From NCBI RefSeq assembly GCF_004010195.1, contig NC_057720.1, positions 3,671,497-3,735,496 of the forward strand: a stretch of 64,000 nucleotides of DNA, read 5' to 3'. Of this stretch, positions 1 to 13,120 are shown piece after piece; the first letter of the stretch is position 1, and each line of letters begins with the position of its first letter. The translations under genes and the position numbers were made by a program. This DNA is from Chiloscyllium plagiosum. Its lineage: Eukaryota. The notes beneath the pieces are model-generated. The model saw only the letters and a program-made list of their open reading frames with translations. It was not told where the DNA came from and did no database searches.

Positions 1-1312
1 GTGATGGCCACAACAACGTAGTCAAAGGAACTTATCCACGCCTGAAGTTCACCGACCTTATTTGTGATACTCCTTGCGTTGAAGTATACGCACTTGAGCC
101 CATCTCTGTGTCCGCAAGTAGTCCCTGTCAGTGCTACCTTCTCCACAGCCTCCCTACAGTCTTGGGCATCCTGTCACACAGCTAGCTTACTTGCTGGACT
201 ACAAGTCCGGATCCTATCCCCCTGCCAAATTAGTTTGAACCCTCCCGAAGAGTGCTAGCAAACCTACCTCCCAGGATATTGGTGCCCTTCTGGTTCAGGT
301 GCCACCCGTCCTGTTTGTACAGGTCCCACTTTCCCCAGAATGCAGTCCAATTGTCCAAATACCTGAAGCCCTCCCTCCTACACCATCCTTGCAGCCACGT
401 GTTCAACTGCACTCTCTCCCTATTTTTTGCCTCACTGTCACGTGGCACCGGCAACAACCCAGAGATGACGACTCTGTCCGTCCTAGCTTTTAGCTTCCTG
501 CCTAACTCCTTGAGCTCTTGAATGACCTCCCCATCCCTCTTCCTACCTATGTCGTTGGTGCCAATGTGTACCACGACTTCTGGCTGCACACCCTCCCCCT
601 TAAGGATTCTGAATACACGGTCTGAGACGTCTCGGACCCTAGCCCCCGGGAGGCAACAAACCATCCGTGAGTCTCGCCCATGTCCACAGAACCGCCTGTC
701 CGTCCCTCTAACTAGAGAGTCCCCTATAACTAGCGCTCTCCTCCTCTCCCCCTTTCCCTTCTGTGTCTCAGTGCCACAGCCCCCTTCCCTGCAGCTTACA
801 CCTGCAACGCTGTCCCCCCCAACAGTTTCCAAAGCTGTATACTTATTTTTTAGGGGAACGGCCACAGGGGAACCCTGCACTGCCTGCTTCTTCCCCTTCC
901 CACCTCGGACTGTTACCCAGCTACCTCTGTTCTCCGGCGTTACTATGTCCCTGTAGCTTCTATCAATCACCCTCTCAGCCTCTCGAATAATCCTCAGTTC
1001 ATCCAACTCCAGTTCCAGTTCCCTAACTCGTTCGGTGAGGGTCAGGATCTGACTGCATTTCCTGCAGACGAAGTCGGCAGGAGTATCGGTGGTCACCCCT
1101 ACCTCAAACATCCTGCAGGAGGAACATTTCACCGCCTGCGCTGCCATGACTGTACACTTTCTCCAAAAACAAGAACACTGAGTCAATAACACTGAGTCAC
1201 TTACCTGTGGACTTTAAAGTTAGGTTAGAGGAGGAGGGTGGGAGGGAGGCCCTACGGGAGTAGGACCTGGGGTCTAGAACACACCCACTCAAATACTAAT
1301 CACTTACCTTCC
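1..1312 (-). mobile_element. Young CR1 LINE, 5' part (5' UTR, ORF1, start of the ORF2 APE domain), continuing beyond the window start
   Basis: ORF1 as above. The minus strand of 1-100 reads LKCVYFNARSITNKVGELQAWISSFDYVVVAIT (APE N-terminus). Confidence 0.9.
230..1147 (-). CDS. CR1 LINE ORF1 (zinc finger, leucine zipper/coiled coil, SGNH esterase), uninterrupted
   Basis: ATG at 1147. CxxC...CxxC (VKCSSC, VCRKC), heptads LTERVRELELELDEL, and esterase blocks VIGDSLV, PGA, HIGTND and DGWHLN. No stops over 305 codons. Confidence 0.9.
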   Translation of the reverse strand: MAAQAVKCSSCRMFEVGVTTDTPADFVCRKCSQILTLTERVRELELELDELRIIREAERVIDRSYRDIVTPENRGSWVTVRGGKGKKQAVQGSPVAVPLKNKYTALETVGGDSVAGVSCREGGCGTETQKGKGERRRALVIGDSLVRGTDRRFCGHGRDSRMVCCLPGARVRDVSDRVFRILKGEGVQPEVVVHIGTNDIGRKRDGEVIQELKELGRKLKARTDRVVISGLLPVPRDSEAKNRERVQLNTWLQGWCRREGFRYLDNWTAFWGKWDLYKQDGWHLNQKGTNILGGRFASTLREGSN

Positions 1313-1419
1313 TAATCTAATCTAATCTAATCAAAATTGCTAACCTTAATCCCATCTAGTAGCCTGTATTTCAGTATTTTCCTCTACAACATATGTATTT
1401 TTCCAGTGTGAATTCTGAC

Positions 1420-1625
1420 GAAAACTATTCAGCAGGGAGATGGGAACCTAAATTGTAGTTCCAGGGTACACGAGATTGAGAGTAGTGAGGTTAGAAATAA
1501 GGTTTCAAGGTCACAAGAGTGTACCGGTAAGGAAGAAGTTGGTTTGAAGTGTGTCTACTTCAACGCCAGGAGCATCCAGAATAAGATGGGTGAACTTGCA
1601 GCATGGCTTGGTCCCTGGGATGTGG
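1420..1625 (+). mobile_element. CR1 ORF1/ORF2 junction fragment
   Basis: ttgaagtgtgtctacttcaacgccaggagcatccagaataag is homologous to 59343-59385. Confidence 0.75.
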
Positions 1626-2809
1626 TAAAGCTGATGACTAACTCATGGAACCTATAACAGTTCCTTTGCAGAGAAGTCCCAGCCATGCCCTTTGTAGCAT
1701 CTTCCAATAATGGTCAATACACTGTTGGGGATTCTGTCTCAATGCGTGTCAGAGTCGGTTACCCTTGAAGGTAACTCTTCTGTTGATCCGGTCTTTGAGA
1801 ACTTTCCAGATCCTTTCTAGATTTTCCTCATTGACTCTGGAGAGACCAGATGTGTTAATTCTGTGAAGCTCTTCCTTGCCAATGGTTTTCCTTGCAAAAT
1901 CTTTAGAGCTCATTTCTGGGATCATCTATCGCTTGGTCTGTAAAATGGAGCTGCGTTATTGGATACCTAATCTATAAATGAGATTTCTGGTATCCATGAT
2001 TCTGCCTGAATGTTGGGCACTGCCATCTTAAGCTATGTTTTCTGACTGAATAAATTGACATTGGAAGCAAAACGGTACATTTCAATCCTGCTTTTGTAAC
2101 ATGCTTCATGTTACAAGCGGCTAAAGAAAATCTTACTCGAGATAAATTCCTTCGTTATGATTAGTGAGCTAAAATAAATGCTCTGTGAATGTTTGATAAT
2201 AAAACCTTTAAACTTGACTATTCAATACAAAGATTGAACAATTTTGAAAGAAGTAAGGAGCTGAATTGGAGTTATTAACTTTATCCACATTCTTAAATGT
2301 ATTTATGAAAATGTGGTCAAAGATTCAGATAAAATGCAAGTCCATTGTGCTTTCATTTGAAGCCTTGGCTGATGGTTGATTTCCAGGACCACAATCAAAT
2401 GAAAGTAACATGATCAAAGCTTTAAAACTTCTTTGATGTCAAAACATGTGCGTGGTTTAATGACTTCTAACTATGCGTGTTGCTACATAAGTTGATAAAC
2501 GAATGTGCTGACTGATTGAGAGGCAAAGTGAAGAGTAACCTAATATTTAACCCTTTGAAATCTTGACATCAAATGTTCTGTAAAAACAATAGTGAGCCAT
2601 AGCTGCTGCAGATGCTCACTCTAAGTTAATTTTTGGACAGTCTCTCATCCAACACAAGATCTATGGTATAAGTCAGAAAGTATCTTGAACTAAGTGTTGT
2701 CTTGCCTCAATATTTTGCCTAAAGTCTGAACCACAAAATTGTATATGTAACTCAAACTGTGCTGTTATTATTATGTAGAGCCACCATTGTGTCTTAACTA
2801 TTAAAGGTA

Positions 2810-3030
2810 TAGTTGCCATAGTCTTATCAGATCAAAAGGTTGCTCTCCCATTATGGAGAGAGAGAGAGAGATGACTGGTGATGGTTTAACCTGAGGGTCA
2901 CCATGCCTCAGGTAAGTGGAGAGATTGAGAAGGAGAGTCATTCATGGTGCCACAGCTGATGTGGGAATTACTGTTGGCATCATTCTGCATCACAAACCAG
3001 CTGTTCACCCGGTTAAGCTAACTCACCCTC
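2810..3030 (-). mobile_element. Degenerate tRNA-derived SINE with a (GA)n tract
   Basis: gactggtgatggtttaacctgagggtcaccatgcctcagg...cacaaaccagc resembles a common shark SINE (from recall). Confidence 0.45.
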
Positions 3031-4166
3031 CATAACCATTATAATGTATTTGTCTTGCCTGTAAATAAGGCATTTAATTTGGCCAAATCCTTTTGCCCTT
3101 CCACATCATCAAAGCTTTCCCTATTAGTAGTTGGTGTGTATAATATATTCTTCAAAATGATTTACAGTTATTTTTGATTCTGATTTTACAATCATCATCA
3201 TCGAGTTTAGAATTAGAATCTCAGCGTTGAAACAGGCCCTTCAGCCCAACAAGTCCACACCGACACTCCGAAGAGTAACCCAGCCAGACTCATTCCCCGA
3301 CCATAAGACATAGGAGTGGAAGTAAGGCCATTCGACCCATTGAGTCCACTCCGCCATTTAATCATGGCTGATGGGCATTTCAACTCCACTTACCCGCATT
3401 CTCCCCGTAACCCTTAATTTCTTGTGACATCAAGAATTTATCAATCTCTGCCTTGAAGACATTTAGCACTCCGTTGCACTCCGCGGCAATGAATTCCACA
3501 GGTCCACCACTCTCTGGCTGAAGAAATGTCTCCACATTTCTATTCTGAATTGACCCCCTCTAATTTTAAGGCTGTGTCCACGGGTCCTAGTCTCCCCTCC
3601 TAACGGAAACAATTTCTTAGCGTCCACCCTTTCCAAGCTATGTATTATCTTGTAAGTTTCTACTAGATCTCCCCTTAACCTTCTAAACTCCAATGAGTAT
3701 AATCCCAGGATCCTCAGCTGTTCCTCGTATGTTAGACCTACCATTCCAGGGATCATCCGTGTGAATCTCCGCTGGACACGCTCCAGTGCCAGTATGTCCT
3801 TCCTGAGGTGTGGGGCCCAAAACTGGACACAGTACTCCAAATGAGGCCTAACCAGAGCTTTATAAAGTCTCAGTAGCACATCGCTGCTTTTATATTCCAA
3901 CCCTCTTGAGATAAATGACAACATTGCATTCGCTTTCTTAATCACGGATTCAACCTGCATGTTTACCTTTAGAGAATCCTCGACTAGCACTCCCAGATCC
4001 CTTTGTACTTTGGCTTTATGAATTTTCTCACCGTTTAGAAAGTAGTCCATGCTTGTATTCTTTTATCCAAAGTGCAAGACCTCACATTTGCTCACATTGA
4101 ACTTCATAAGCCATTTCCTGGACCACTCTCCCAAACTGTCCAGATCCTTCTGCAGCCTCCCCACTT

Positions 4167-4478
4167 AGATTAGATTACATTACAGTGTGGAAACGGGCCC
4201 TTCGGCCCAACAAGTCCACACCGACCCGCCGAAGCGTAACCCACCCATACCCCTACATTTACCCCTTACCTAACACTACGGGCAATTTAGCATGGCCAAT
4301 TCACCTGACCTGCACATCTTTGGACTGTGGGAGGAAACCGGAGCACCCGGAGGAAACCCACGCAGACACGGGGAGAACGTGCAAACTCCACACAGTCAGA
4401 TGCCTGAGGCGGGAATTGAACCCGGGTCTCTGGCGCTGTGAGGCAGCAGTGCTAACCACTGTGCCACCGTGCCGCCCA
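4167..4478 (-). mobile_element. HE1/V-SINE, full length, inserted in CR1
   Basis: Pol III A box TGGCACAGTGG, B box GGTTCAATTCC, V-domain (GTCTGCGTGGGTTTCCTCCGGGTGCTCCGG), CR1-like tail plus TCTAA repeat. Short TSD cactt. Confidence 0.88.
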
Positions 4479-4834
4479 CACTTCCTCAGTATTACCTGCC
4501 TGTCCACCTATCTTCGTATAATCGGCAAACTTCGTTAGAATGCCCCCAGTCCCTTCATCCAGATCATTAATATATGTGGCCCCAACACTGAACCCTGTGG
4601 GACAGCGCTTGTCACCGGCTGCCATTCCGAAAAAGAACCCCTTATCCCAACTTTCTGCGTTCTGTCAGACAGCCAATCCTCAATCCATGCCAGTAGCTCA
4701 CCTCGAACACCATGGGCCCTCACCTTACTCAGCAGTCTCCCGTGTGGCACCTTATCAAAGGCCTTTTGGAAGTCTAGATAGACCACATCCACTGGGTTTC
4801 CCTGGTCTAACCTATTTGTCACCTCTTCAAAGGT

Positions 4835-5080
4835 TTGTCAGGCAACTAACTGTGTGGAGTTTGCATGTTCTCCCCATGTCTGCGTGGGTTTCCTCCGGGT
4901 TCTCCGGTTTCCTCCCACAGTCCAAAGATGTGCAGGTCAGGTGAATTGGCCATGCTAAATTGCCCGTAGTGTTAGGTAAGGGATAAATGTAGGGGTATTG
5001 GGTGGGTTGCGCTTCGGCGGGTCAGTATGGACTTGTTGGGCCGAAGGGCCTGTTTCCACACTGTAAGTAATTTAATCTAA
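4835..5080 (+). mobile_element. HE1/V-SINE, 5'-truncated
   Basis: V-domain and tail gacttgttgggccgaagggcctgtttccacactg. Confidence 0.85.
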
Positions 5081-6369
5081 ACGATGGATTCTAGAATTTT
5101 ACCAACAACCGAAGTTAGGCTAATTGGCTTATAATTTTTCCATCTTTTGTCTTGATCCTTTCTTGAACAGTGGGGTTACAACAGCGGTCTTCCAATCATC
5201 CGGGACTTTCCCTGACTCCAGTGACTTTTGAAAGGTCTCAACCAACGCCTCTACTATTTCCTCAGCCACCTCCCTCAGACCTCTAGGATGTAGCCCATCG
5301 GGTTCTTATGTATTGAAAGAAACGTTTACTATCATTTCTAATATTACTGGCTAGCCTACCTTCATATTTGATCCTCTCCTTCCTTATTTCTCTCTTTGTT
5401 ATCCTTTGTTTGTTTTTGTAGCCTTCCCAATCTTCTGATTTCCCAGTGCTCTTGGCCACTTTATAGGATCTCTCTTTTTCTTTGATATATTTCCTGACTT
5501 CCATTGTCAGCCATGGCTGTCTAATCCTTCCCCGGATAATCTTTCTNNNNNNNNNNNNNNNNNNNNNNNNNNNNNNNNNNNNNNNNNNNNNNNNNNNNNN
5601 NNNNNNNNNNNNNNNNNNNNNNNNNNNNNNNNNNNNNNNNNNNNNNNNNNNNNNNNNNNNNNNNNNNNNNNNNNNNNNNNNNNNNNNNNNNNNNNNNNNN
5701 NNNNNNNNNNNNNNNNNNNNNNNNNNNNNNNNNNNNNNNNNNNNNNNNNNNNNNNNNNNNNNNNNNNNNNNNNNNNNNNNNNNNNNNNNNNNNNNNNNNN
5801 NNNNNNNNNNNNNNNNNNNNNNNNNNNNNNNNNNNNNNNNNNNNNNNNNNNNNNNNNNNNNNNNNNNNNNNNNNNNNNNNNNNNNNNNNNNNNNNNNNNN
5901 NNNNNNNNNNNNNNNNNNNNNNNNNNNNNNNNNNNNNNNNNNNNNNNNNNNNNNNNNNNNNNNNNNNNNNNNNNNNNNNNNNNNNNNNNNNNNNNNNNNN
6001 NNNNNNNNNNNNNNNNNNNNNNNNNNNNNNNNNNNNNNNNNNNNNNNNNNNNNNNNNNNNNNNNNNNNNNNNNNNAACCATGTCTCTGTGATGCCTACCA
6101 CATCATAATCATTCACGATGATCTGTGCTGTTAGTTCATCTACTTTGTTATGAATGCTATGAGCATTCAGGTAAAGTGCCTTAATGCTAACATTCTTATC
6201 ATTAGAGATATTGGAAGTCATAAGATGTCCTAAGTTATCCTTCCTTTTTGTTGCATTCCTAATCTGCCTCGGGGTTACATCCACCTGCATACATGCTATC
6301 CTCCTGCTTATCTTTCCATTTAACTCCATACTCCCTGTCGCTTTCACTTTCCCTTCCCTCCCAACTCAG

Positions 6370-6625
6370 AAGTCACCCTATAATCACCCCTGACTAATGC
6401 ACCTAGCCTACACATCCCTGAATGCTATGGGCAATTTAGCATGGCCATTCACCTAACCTGCACATCTTTGGATTGTGGGAGGAAACCGGAGCACCTGGAG
6501 GAAACCCACGCAGACACAGGAGAATGTGCAGACTCCACACAGACAGTCACCCGAGGCTGGAATCAAACCTGGGTCCCTGGCGCTGTGAGGCAGAAGTTTT
6601 AAGCACCAAACCACAGTGCCACCCC
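6370..6625 (-). mobile_element. HE1/V-SINE
   Basis: Reverse-complement V-domain and tRNA-like head. Confidence 0.82.
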
Positions 6626-7827
6626 TATGATCCTCCCTTGATCCTCAAATATTAGTTGCTTTTTCTTTTTCAGTGTAGTTGCAAATTGTAGATATGCATT
6701 CTTGCTTCTCTAGATCCAAATCCATGATCTATATCTAGGGCTTTACAGTGGTTCTGTGGTTGCCTCACAGTGGCAGGGACCTGGGTGTATGGACCTGTGT
6801 GGTGTTTACACATTGTCCTCATGTCTGGATGGGCTGCTTTTTGGAGGATCAGTGTGGACTCAATAGCCTGAAAGGCCTGTTTCAACTCCGTAAAGATTCT
6901 ATGATTACATGATATTGTGCATAAAATATCCCAGTAAACAATCCTGTGGAATAGTACTACCCAAGTTCAACCAGTCTGCAAAACTGCCTTTAATTTGTGT
7001 TCTATCCCTTGCCTCTAAACCCAATTGCCCGAACTATACAACTTTTTTTTAATGTTCCCAGTCTTCAGTTTTTTTGGTCCTCCAAAGACCTTGTGCAGCA
7101 TGTTCAGTACAAAAGCCCCATTCTGCATCATTTCCACCACCTCAGTGAACTCTTCTCAGAATTAGATAAAACGTTCAAATGTCAGAAGAAAATTAATTTT
7201 GCTAGTTAGACTAAATTTACATTTCTGCTTGCATTGTGATGCTGTAAACTCACTCAGTAAATTTGATGACTAAATCCTGACTGTATAACACTTGGTGGAT
7301 GGATGTGTGTATTATTCTTGATCTCCCTTGGGAACAGAATATTAGATTCGTTATAAATATCCTCCAAAAAGCTACCTCACTTGCCAAAGGTAAAGGTTTT
7401 TTACTAATTGGGAAGAAATTATTCTAAATGCCTATACCGTAACTTTCTAAAGTGAAGCAGAATAGTATACTACAAGGTAATTTAAATTGTAACTGTCCAA
7501 TCTTCACTGGCTTGGATTGGCTTCCATTCTTGCCCCTTCACCATTACATCTGGAAATGCTAAAGAATATTTCCTTTACTGCTCCATCCAAGCCCCGAGAA
7601 AAGCAAACTCTACATGTTGTCCTTTGGCAACATGGAGATGGAGCCAGCTGCCATGTTTCCAGTTACAATGTCTAGCTCTGCCACTCCATCACCTGTCTTG
7701 AGGAATTTGCTGTCATTCTGCTAGTTTGACAAGCTATATTAGATGAGTTGCAATTTCCTCAAGCTAAACACTCCATAACCTTATCAACTTCAATGTCGTA
7801 CTGTCTCAGACTGAACCAGACAGATTG

Positions 7828-8485
7828 AATATAAGAACAGAAGAAATAGGAGCAGGAGTAGGCCATCTGACCCATCGAGCCTGCTCTCCCATTTCATAAG
7901 ATGATGGCAGATCTACTCATCTGCTCACTATGAACCTTAATTCCTTTACTGTTCAAAACTCTGTCTTTGCCTTTAAAACATTCAACAAGGTAGCCTCAAC
8001 TGCTTCATTGGACAGGGATTTCCACAGATTCACAACCTTTTGGGTGAAGACGTTCCTCCTTAACTCAGTCCTAAACCTGCTCCCCACTATCTTGAGGCTA
8101 CACCCCCTAGTTCTAGTTTCACCCATCAGTAGAAACATCCTCCCTGCGTCTATCCTATCTAGTCCCTTCATAATTTAAATGTTTCTATAAGATTCCCCCC
8201 TCATTCTTCTAAATTTCGATGAGTACAGTCCCCGTCTACTCAATCTTTCCTCAAAAGGCTACTTTTTCCATTCCGGAATCAACCTGGAGAACCTCCTGTC
8301 CACCCCTTCCAGTGCCAGTACGTCCTTTCTCAAGTAAGGCTGTCGAAACTGTGCACAGTACACCAGGTGTGGCCCCACCAGCACCCTATACAGTTGCAAC
8401 ATAACACTCCTGTTTTTAAACTCCATCCCTGTAGCAATGAAGGAAAATATTCTATTTGCATTCTTAATCACCTGCTGCAACTTGG
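7828..8485 (-). mobile_element. CR1 LINE 3' fragment
   Basis: ORFs 8259..8498 and 7953..8171 (RTRGCSLKI...RRNVFTQKVVNLW). Confidence 0.85.
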
Positions 8486-10451
8486 TTGTAACCGCCATGT
8501 CCTACTAAATCCCAGACTGAGCTTTTGACTACATATTCTCTCCCATTAGATTAAATCCTGCTTCACCTCTGTAACACTGTCCATTCATCCATGTGATATC
8601 ATCTCCAAAACGTTACAATTCCTGTCCTACACTGTAATGAGGCAGGCTTGACATTTTATGCTTAGGACAGTGTGAAAACTTAGCTTGCAACAATTTTGAA
8701 TGTAAATCAGTTTTACTTTCTGGCATTGCATGTAACCTCAAATGAGTATAGCTGCATTGAAATCAAATGTAGTTAAAAATTATCTGCTGTACAGCCTGCC
8801 ATTTGGATGAAATATGAAGGTATCTGACAATGGCCTGTACTTGAAAAGACAATTTGCTAAACCTTTGCTGTGGAGCACAGCTGGACTTTCAACAAGACTG
8901 ATGAGAAGATGATTACATATTTTGAAGTGTTGCTCTGACAGGAGATCTTTAGAATCAGCTGAACAGAGCAAGGAACCAACGGATTTCTTCACAGGAAAGT
9001 CAACTTGAAGCTGAAGTGATGATGTTGAAGTTGGGATTGTGCAACCTTTGGAAAAGATATGGTGTTGACGACAGTAGGAGATGAAACATGAGGAAAGAAC
9101 TGTGTTCTCCAGATTGCAGAAGGTCATGGTGGACCGTATTGGAAACTGGATAGAGAAGGGGATAACAGTGCAGTGCAGAATTACAATGAACAAAAGAGAA
9201 ATCCCTACAGTTCCTTCTGTGTTGGCTAGTATGGATAGATGGTGTTGTTGTGTTCCGGTCACTTAAGCAAGCCGCTGTCTACCCATGTGGCTGATTTTGT
9301 GATTTCTTTTCAGATTTGCCCTCTTTCCTGGTTTAACTCTCTTGGGAATTTTAGATAAGAGTTTTGTCCTGTTTCAGTTGCTCTCCTGCTCTAAGTGTTT
9401 ATTATCCATTATAAATAGTAGACTATTTCTAACAATATTTAACGCAGGCTCTGAAGTAATGTACAGCTAGTAACTTATTTGTAAAAATCCTTCATGCTCT
9501 TTAGCTCCAAATTGTTTGATTATTTTTCATTTGAATAATGGACAAGGATTGATGAGAATCTGAAAAATGTGGTCAGCAATTGTAAGATTTCTTGGTTATT
9601 GGGAGAACATTGATTCACATTTCAAAACTTAAAAGGTAGAAGGTTTTGAATTCAGAGACTTTCTTGTACCAAATAGCAATTCTGAAGTATGAGCCACCTA
9701 GTTTGCAGTTGGGGCTGTGCTGTTATTGAATCCAGGAGGTCTGGAGTGTGTTTGCAGTGCTGTAATGCCATATTATTGATGTGCTTTACATTGGTGCAGC
9801 ACAAACATTCTTATCACTGGGTTTTGTTCCTTTTGCATTCTTTAGATGCCAGCAATAATCTAAAATTAAATGGGGGAACTATCCGACCTGAGAAATTTGC
9901 AGATATTTGGGTATTATATTTAACTTGCATCCCTGCTCAAATTTGAAAGTCAGTCTGCTTTATACAGTGAATTTAACTAGCTAAATGCAAAGTTGCACAA
10001 TTTATTTAACCCAGGCTTCTAAAATTAGAAGTACTTGAAATAAGTGCGGTCAGAGATTGCCAGTTCTGAGAATGACTTCTCTGTGTTTGGACATGCAGTG
10101 AACTCCCTTTTAAGTAGCTAACTTCAAAAACCATGGAGGGCGTCTAATAGTGACTATCTCTTTGTGAGAGCTCATAGTGGCTTTTTATATTAGAGACTGA
10201 GATCTAATTGGGAACCTTATAAAGGAAGTTTGTTGCAGAGCATCAAATAGTTATTTCCGATGACTTCTGTCTTGCAGCTGTGCTTGTTTCATATGCATCT
10301 CAAACTGTTTATTAAAGTACTTATGAGAAAGGTAATACAGATCTTTTAGAAACGTTGTTATTACTGAGGACTTTTTCTGTAAGTGCATGATGGAGATTTT
10401 ATTCCATATTTAACTTTATCTTTGAAGGTTATTTGGCTTGAAACTATTCTG

Positions 10452-10576
10452 GGAGAAAGTAAGGACTGCAGATGCTGGAGATCAGAGTCAAAAAGTGTGG
10501 TGCTGGAAAAGTACAGCTGATCAGGCAGCATCCGAGGAGCGGAAGAATCAATATTTCGGGCATAAGCCCTTCATCA
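10452..10576 (-). mobile_element. Penelope-derived pLTR fragment (family A) with a degenerate hammerhead core
   Basis: Minus strand tTGATGAagggcttatgcccGAAAtatt followed by the family A body and 3' tail. Confidence 0.7.
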
Positions 10577-10619
10577 ATCCTGCATAGGTTTAAGAAACAA
10601 TTGACAAATATATGACAAA

Positions 10620-10855
10620 ATAAAACAAATTGATGGAAAATGTCAGTAGGTCTGGCAGCATCTGTGGGGAGAAATCAGAGTTAACATTTTGGGTCCAGTG
10701 ACCCCTTCTTTGAAACGATTCTGAGGAAGGGTCACTTGACCTGAAACATTAACTCTGATTTCTCTCCACAGGTGCTGCCAGACCTGCTGAGATTTTCCAG
10801 CAACTTCTGTTTTTGTTTCTGATTTGCAACATCCACAGTTCCTTTGGTTGTTTTA
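10620..10855. mobile_element. Penelope-derived hairpin element (family B) with a hammerhead core
   Basis: Inverted arms centred at about 10715. CTGAGGA-agggtc-actt-gacct-GAAAcattaac at 10721-10753. Confidence 0.72.
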
Positions 10856-11112
10856 TTTAACAAATATGTTATTTCTACTTGTAGGATTTTCTTTTGAATT
10901 TCTGATTGCTAAATGCTTTTACAAGGTAATTTTTAAAAGCTTACACTGAACTAGATTTACATCAAATAGAACCTATTTCTTGCACTTTCTGTGAATGCTT
11001 AACATGAAAAAGCTCGGTTAGAAGTCTGTGTATGCACATGAGGCTAGAGGTGTGAAGCTCGTCATGTTAAGTCAGGATAAACAAGCTGTCCTTTATTGAG
11101 GAAGTTGCTGTT

Positions 11113-13120
11113 AGGATCCGTCCACGGGTGGCCGTGGCTGACGAGGGAAGTTAAGAAACATATAAAGTTAAAAGAGAAAAAGTATAACATAGCAAAGGTA
11201 AGTGGGAAAACTGAGGACTGGGAAGCTTTTAAAGAACAACAGAGGTTTACTAAGAAGGAAATACGCAGAGAAAAAATGAGGTACGAAGGTAAACTGGCCA
11301 ATAATATAAAGGAGGATAGTAAAAGTTTTTTTAGGTATGTGAAAGGCATAAAAATGGTTAAGAATTAAAATTGGGCCCTAGAAGACAGAAACAGGGGAAT
11401 ATATTACGGGGAACAAAGAAATGGCAGAAGAATTGAATCGGTACTTCAGATCTGTGTTCACTGGGGAAGACACAAGCAATCTCCCTGAGGTAACAGTGGC
11501 TGGAGGACCTGAACTTAAGGGAATTTATATTTGCAGGAATTGGTGTTGGAGAGACTGTTAGGTCTGAAGGTTGATAAGTCCCTGGGGGCTGATGGTCTAC
11601 ATCCCAACGTACTGAAGGAGGTGGCTCAAGAAATCGTGGATAGGTTGGTGATTATTTTCCAGAGTTCGATAGATTCAGGATCAGTTCGTGCACATTGGAG
11701 GGTGGCTAATGTTGTACCACTTTTTAAGAAAGGTGGGAGAGAGAAAGCAGGAAATTATAGACCAGTTAGTCTGACCTCAGTGATGGGAAAGATGCTGGAG
11801 TCTATTATAAAGGATGAAATTACGACACATCTGGATAGTAGTAACAGGATTGGTCAGAGTCAGCATGGATTTATGAAGGGGAAATCATGCTTGACTAATC
11901 TTCTGGAATTTTTTGAGGATGTAACTCTGAAGATGGATGAGGGAGATCCAGTAGATGTAGTGTACCTGGACTTTCAGAAAGCTTTTGATAACGTCCCACT
12001 TAGGAGGTTAGTGAGCAGAATTAGGGCGCATGGTATTGGGGGCAAAGTACTAACTTGGATTGAAAGTTGGCTGGCTGATAGGAAACAAAGAGTAGTGAAA
12101 AACGGCTCCATTTCGAAATGGCAGGCAGTGACCAGTGGGGTACCGCAGGGATCAGTACTGGGACCGTGGCTTTTTACAATATATGTTAATGATAAAGAAG
12201 ATGGTATTAGTAATAACATTAGCAAATTTGCTGATGATACTAAGCTGGGTGGCAGGGTGAAATGTGATGAGGATGTTAGGAGATTACAGGGTGACCTGGA
12301 CAAGTTAGGTGAGTGGTCAGATGCATGGCAGATGCAGTTTAATGTGGATAAGGAAGGCAGGTTACTACCTAAATGGAATGAATTTAGGTAAGGGGGCAGT
12401 ACAGAGACATCTGGGTGTTCTTGTACACCAGTCAATGAAGGTAAGCATGCAGGTACAGCAGGTAGTGAAGAAGGCTAATAGCATGCTGGCCTTCATAACA
12501 AGAGGGATTGAGTATAGAAGCAAAGAGGTTCTTCTGCAGTTGTACAGGGCCCTGGTGCGACCACACCTGGAGTACTGTGTGCAGTTCTGGTCTCCAAATT
12601 TGAGGGAAGACATTCTGGCTATTGAGGAAGTGCAGCGTAGGTTCACGAGGTCAATTCTTGGAATGGCAGGATTACCTTACACTGAAAGACTGGAGCGACT
12701 GGGCTTGTATACCCTTAAGTTTAGAAGACTGAGAGGGGATCTGATTGAGACATATAAGATTATTAAAGGATTGGACACTCTGGAGGCAGGAAACATGTTT
12801 CTGCTGATGGGTGAGTGCTGAATCAGAGGGAACAGCTTAAAAATACAGGGTAGACCATTTAGGACAGAGATGAGGAGAATCTGCTTCAGCCAGAGAGTGG
12901 TGGCTGTGTGGAATGCTCTGCCCCAGAGGGCAGTGGAGGCCCAGTCTCTGGATTCATTTAAGAAAGAGTTGGATAGAGCTCTCAAGGATAGTGGAATCGA
13001 GGGTTATGGAGATAAGGCAGGAACAGGATACTGATTAAGGATAATCAGCCATGATCATATTGAATGGTGGTGCAGGCTCGAAGGGCAGAATGGCCTACTC
13101 CTGCACCTATTATCTATTGT
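11113..13120 (+). mobile_element. CR1 LINE, 5'-truncated, RT largely intact
   Basis: ORF 11531..12391 has NYRPVSLTS, QHGF, YLDFQKAFD, GVPQGSVLGP and KFADDTK. The C-terminal part is in 12309..12821. Tail ctcctgcacctattatctattgtc. Confidence 0.93.

Larger units (their letters stand above)
3301..6365 (-). mobile_element. CR1 LINE (APE to RT to 3' tail), interrupted by two SINEs, internal deletions and an assembly gap
   Basis: ORFs 5283..6347 (ALYLNAHSIHNK...VGITETW), 4535..4822 (YLDFQKAFDKVPH, VPQGSVLGP) and 3463..4050 (LVRPHLEYCVQFW, RTRGH). 3' tail near 3301. Confidence 0.9.

Noticed and set aside
1750..2030. Possible processed pseudogene on the minus strand (aagATGGCAGTG start; 54-aa frame MSSKDFARK...)
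   Set aside because: Early stop, no protein I recognise, and no poly(A) tail or TSD.
4167..4478. tRNA genes at SINE heads
   Set aside because: A/B boxes are present but continue into the V-domain and LINE-like tail, and no complete cloverleaf is evident.
5283..6347. Long ORFs spanning N runs (also 42045-42442 and 62525-63277)
   Set aside because: Artefacts of assembly gaps.
8780..9262. 160-aa minus-strand ORF
   Set aside because: No recognisable domain or splice context. Likely a chance ORF in intronic sequence.
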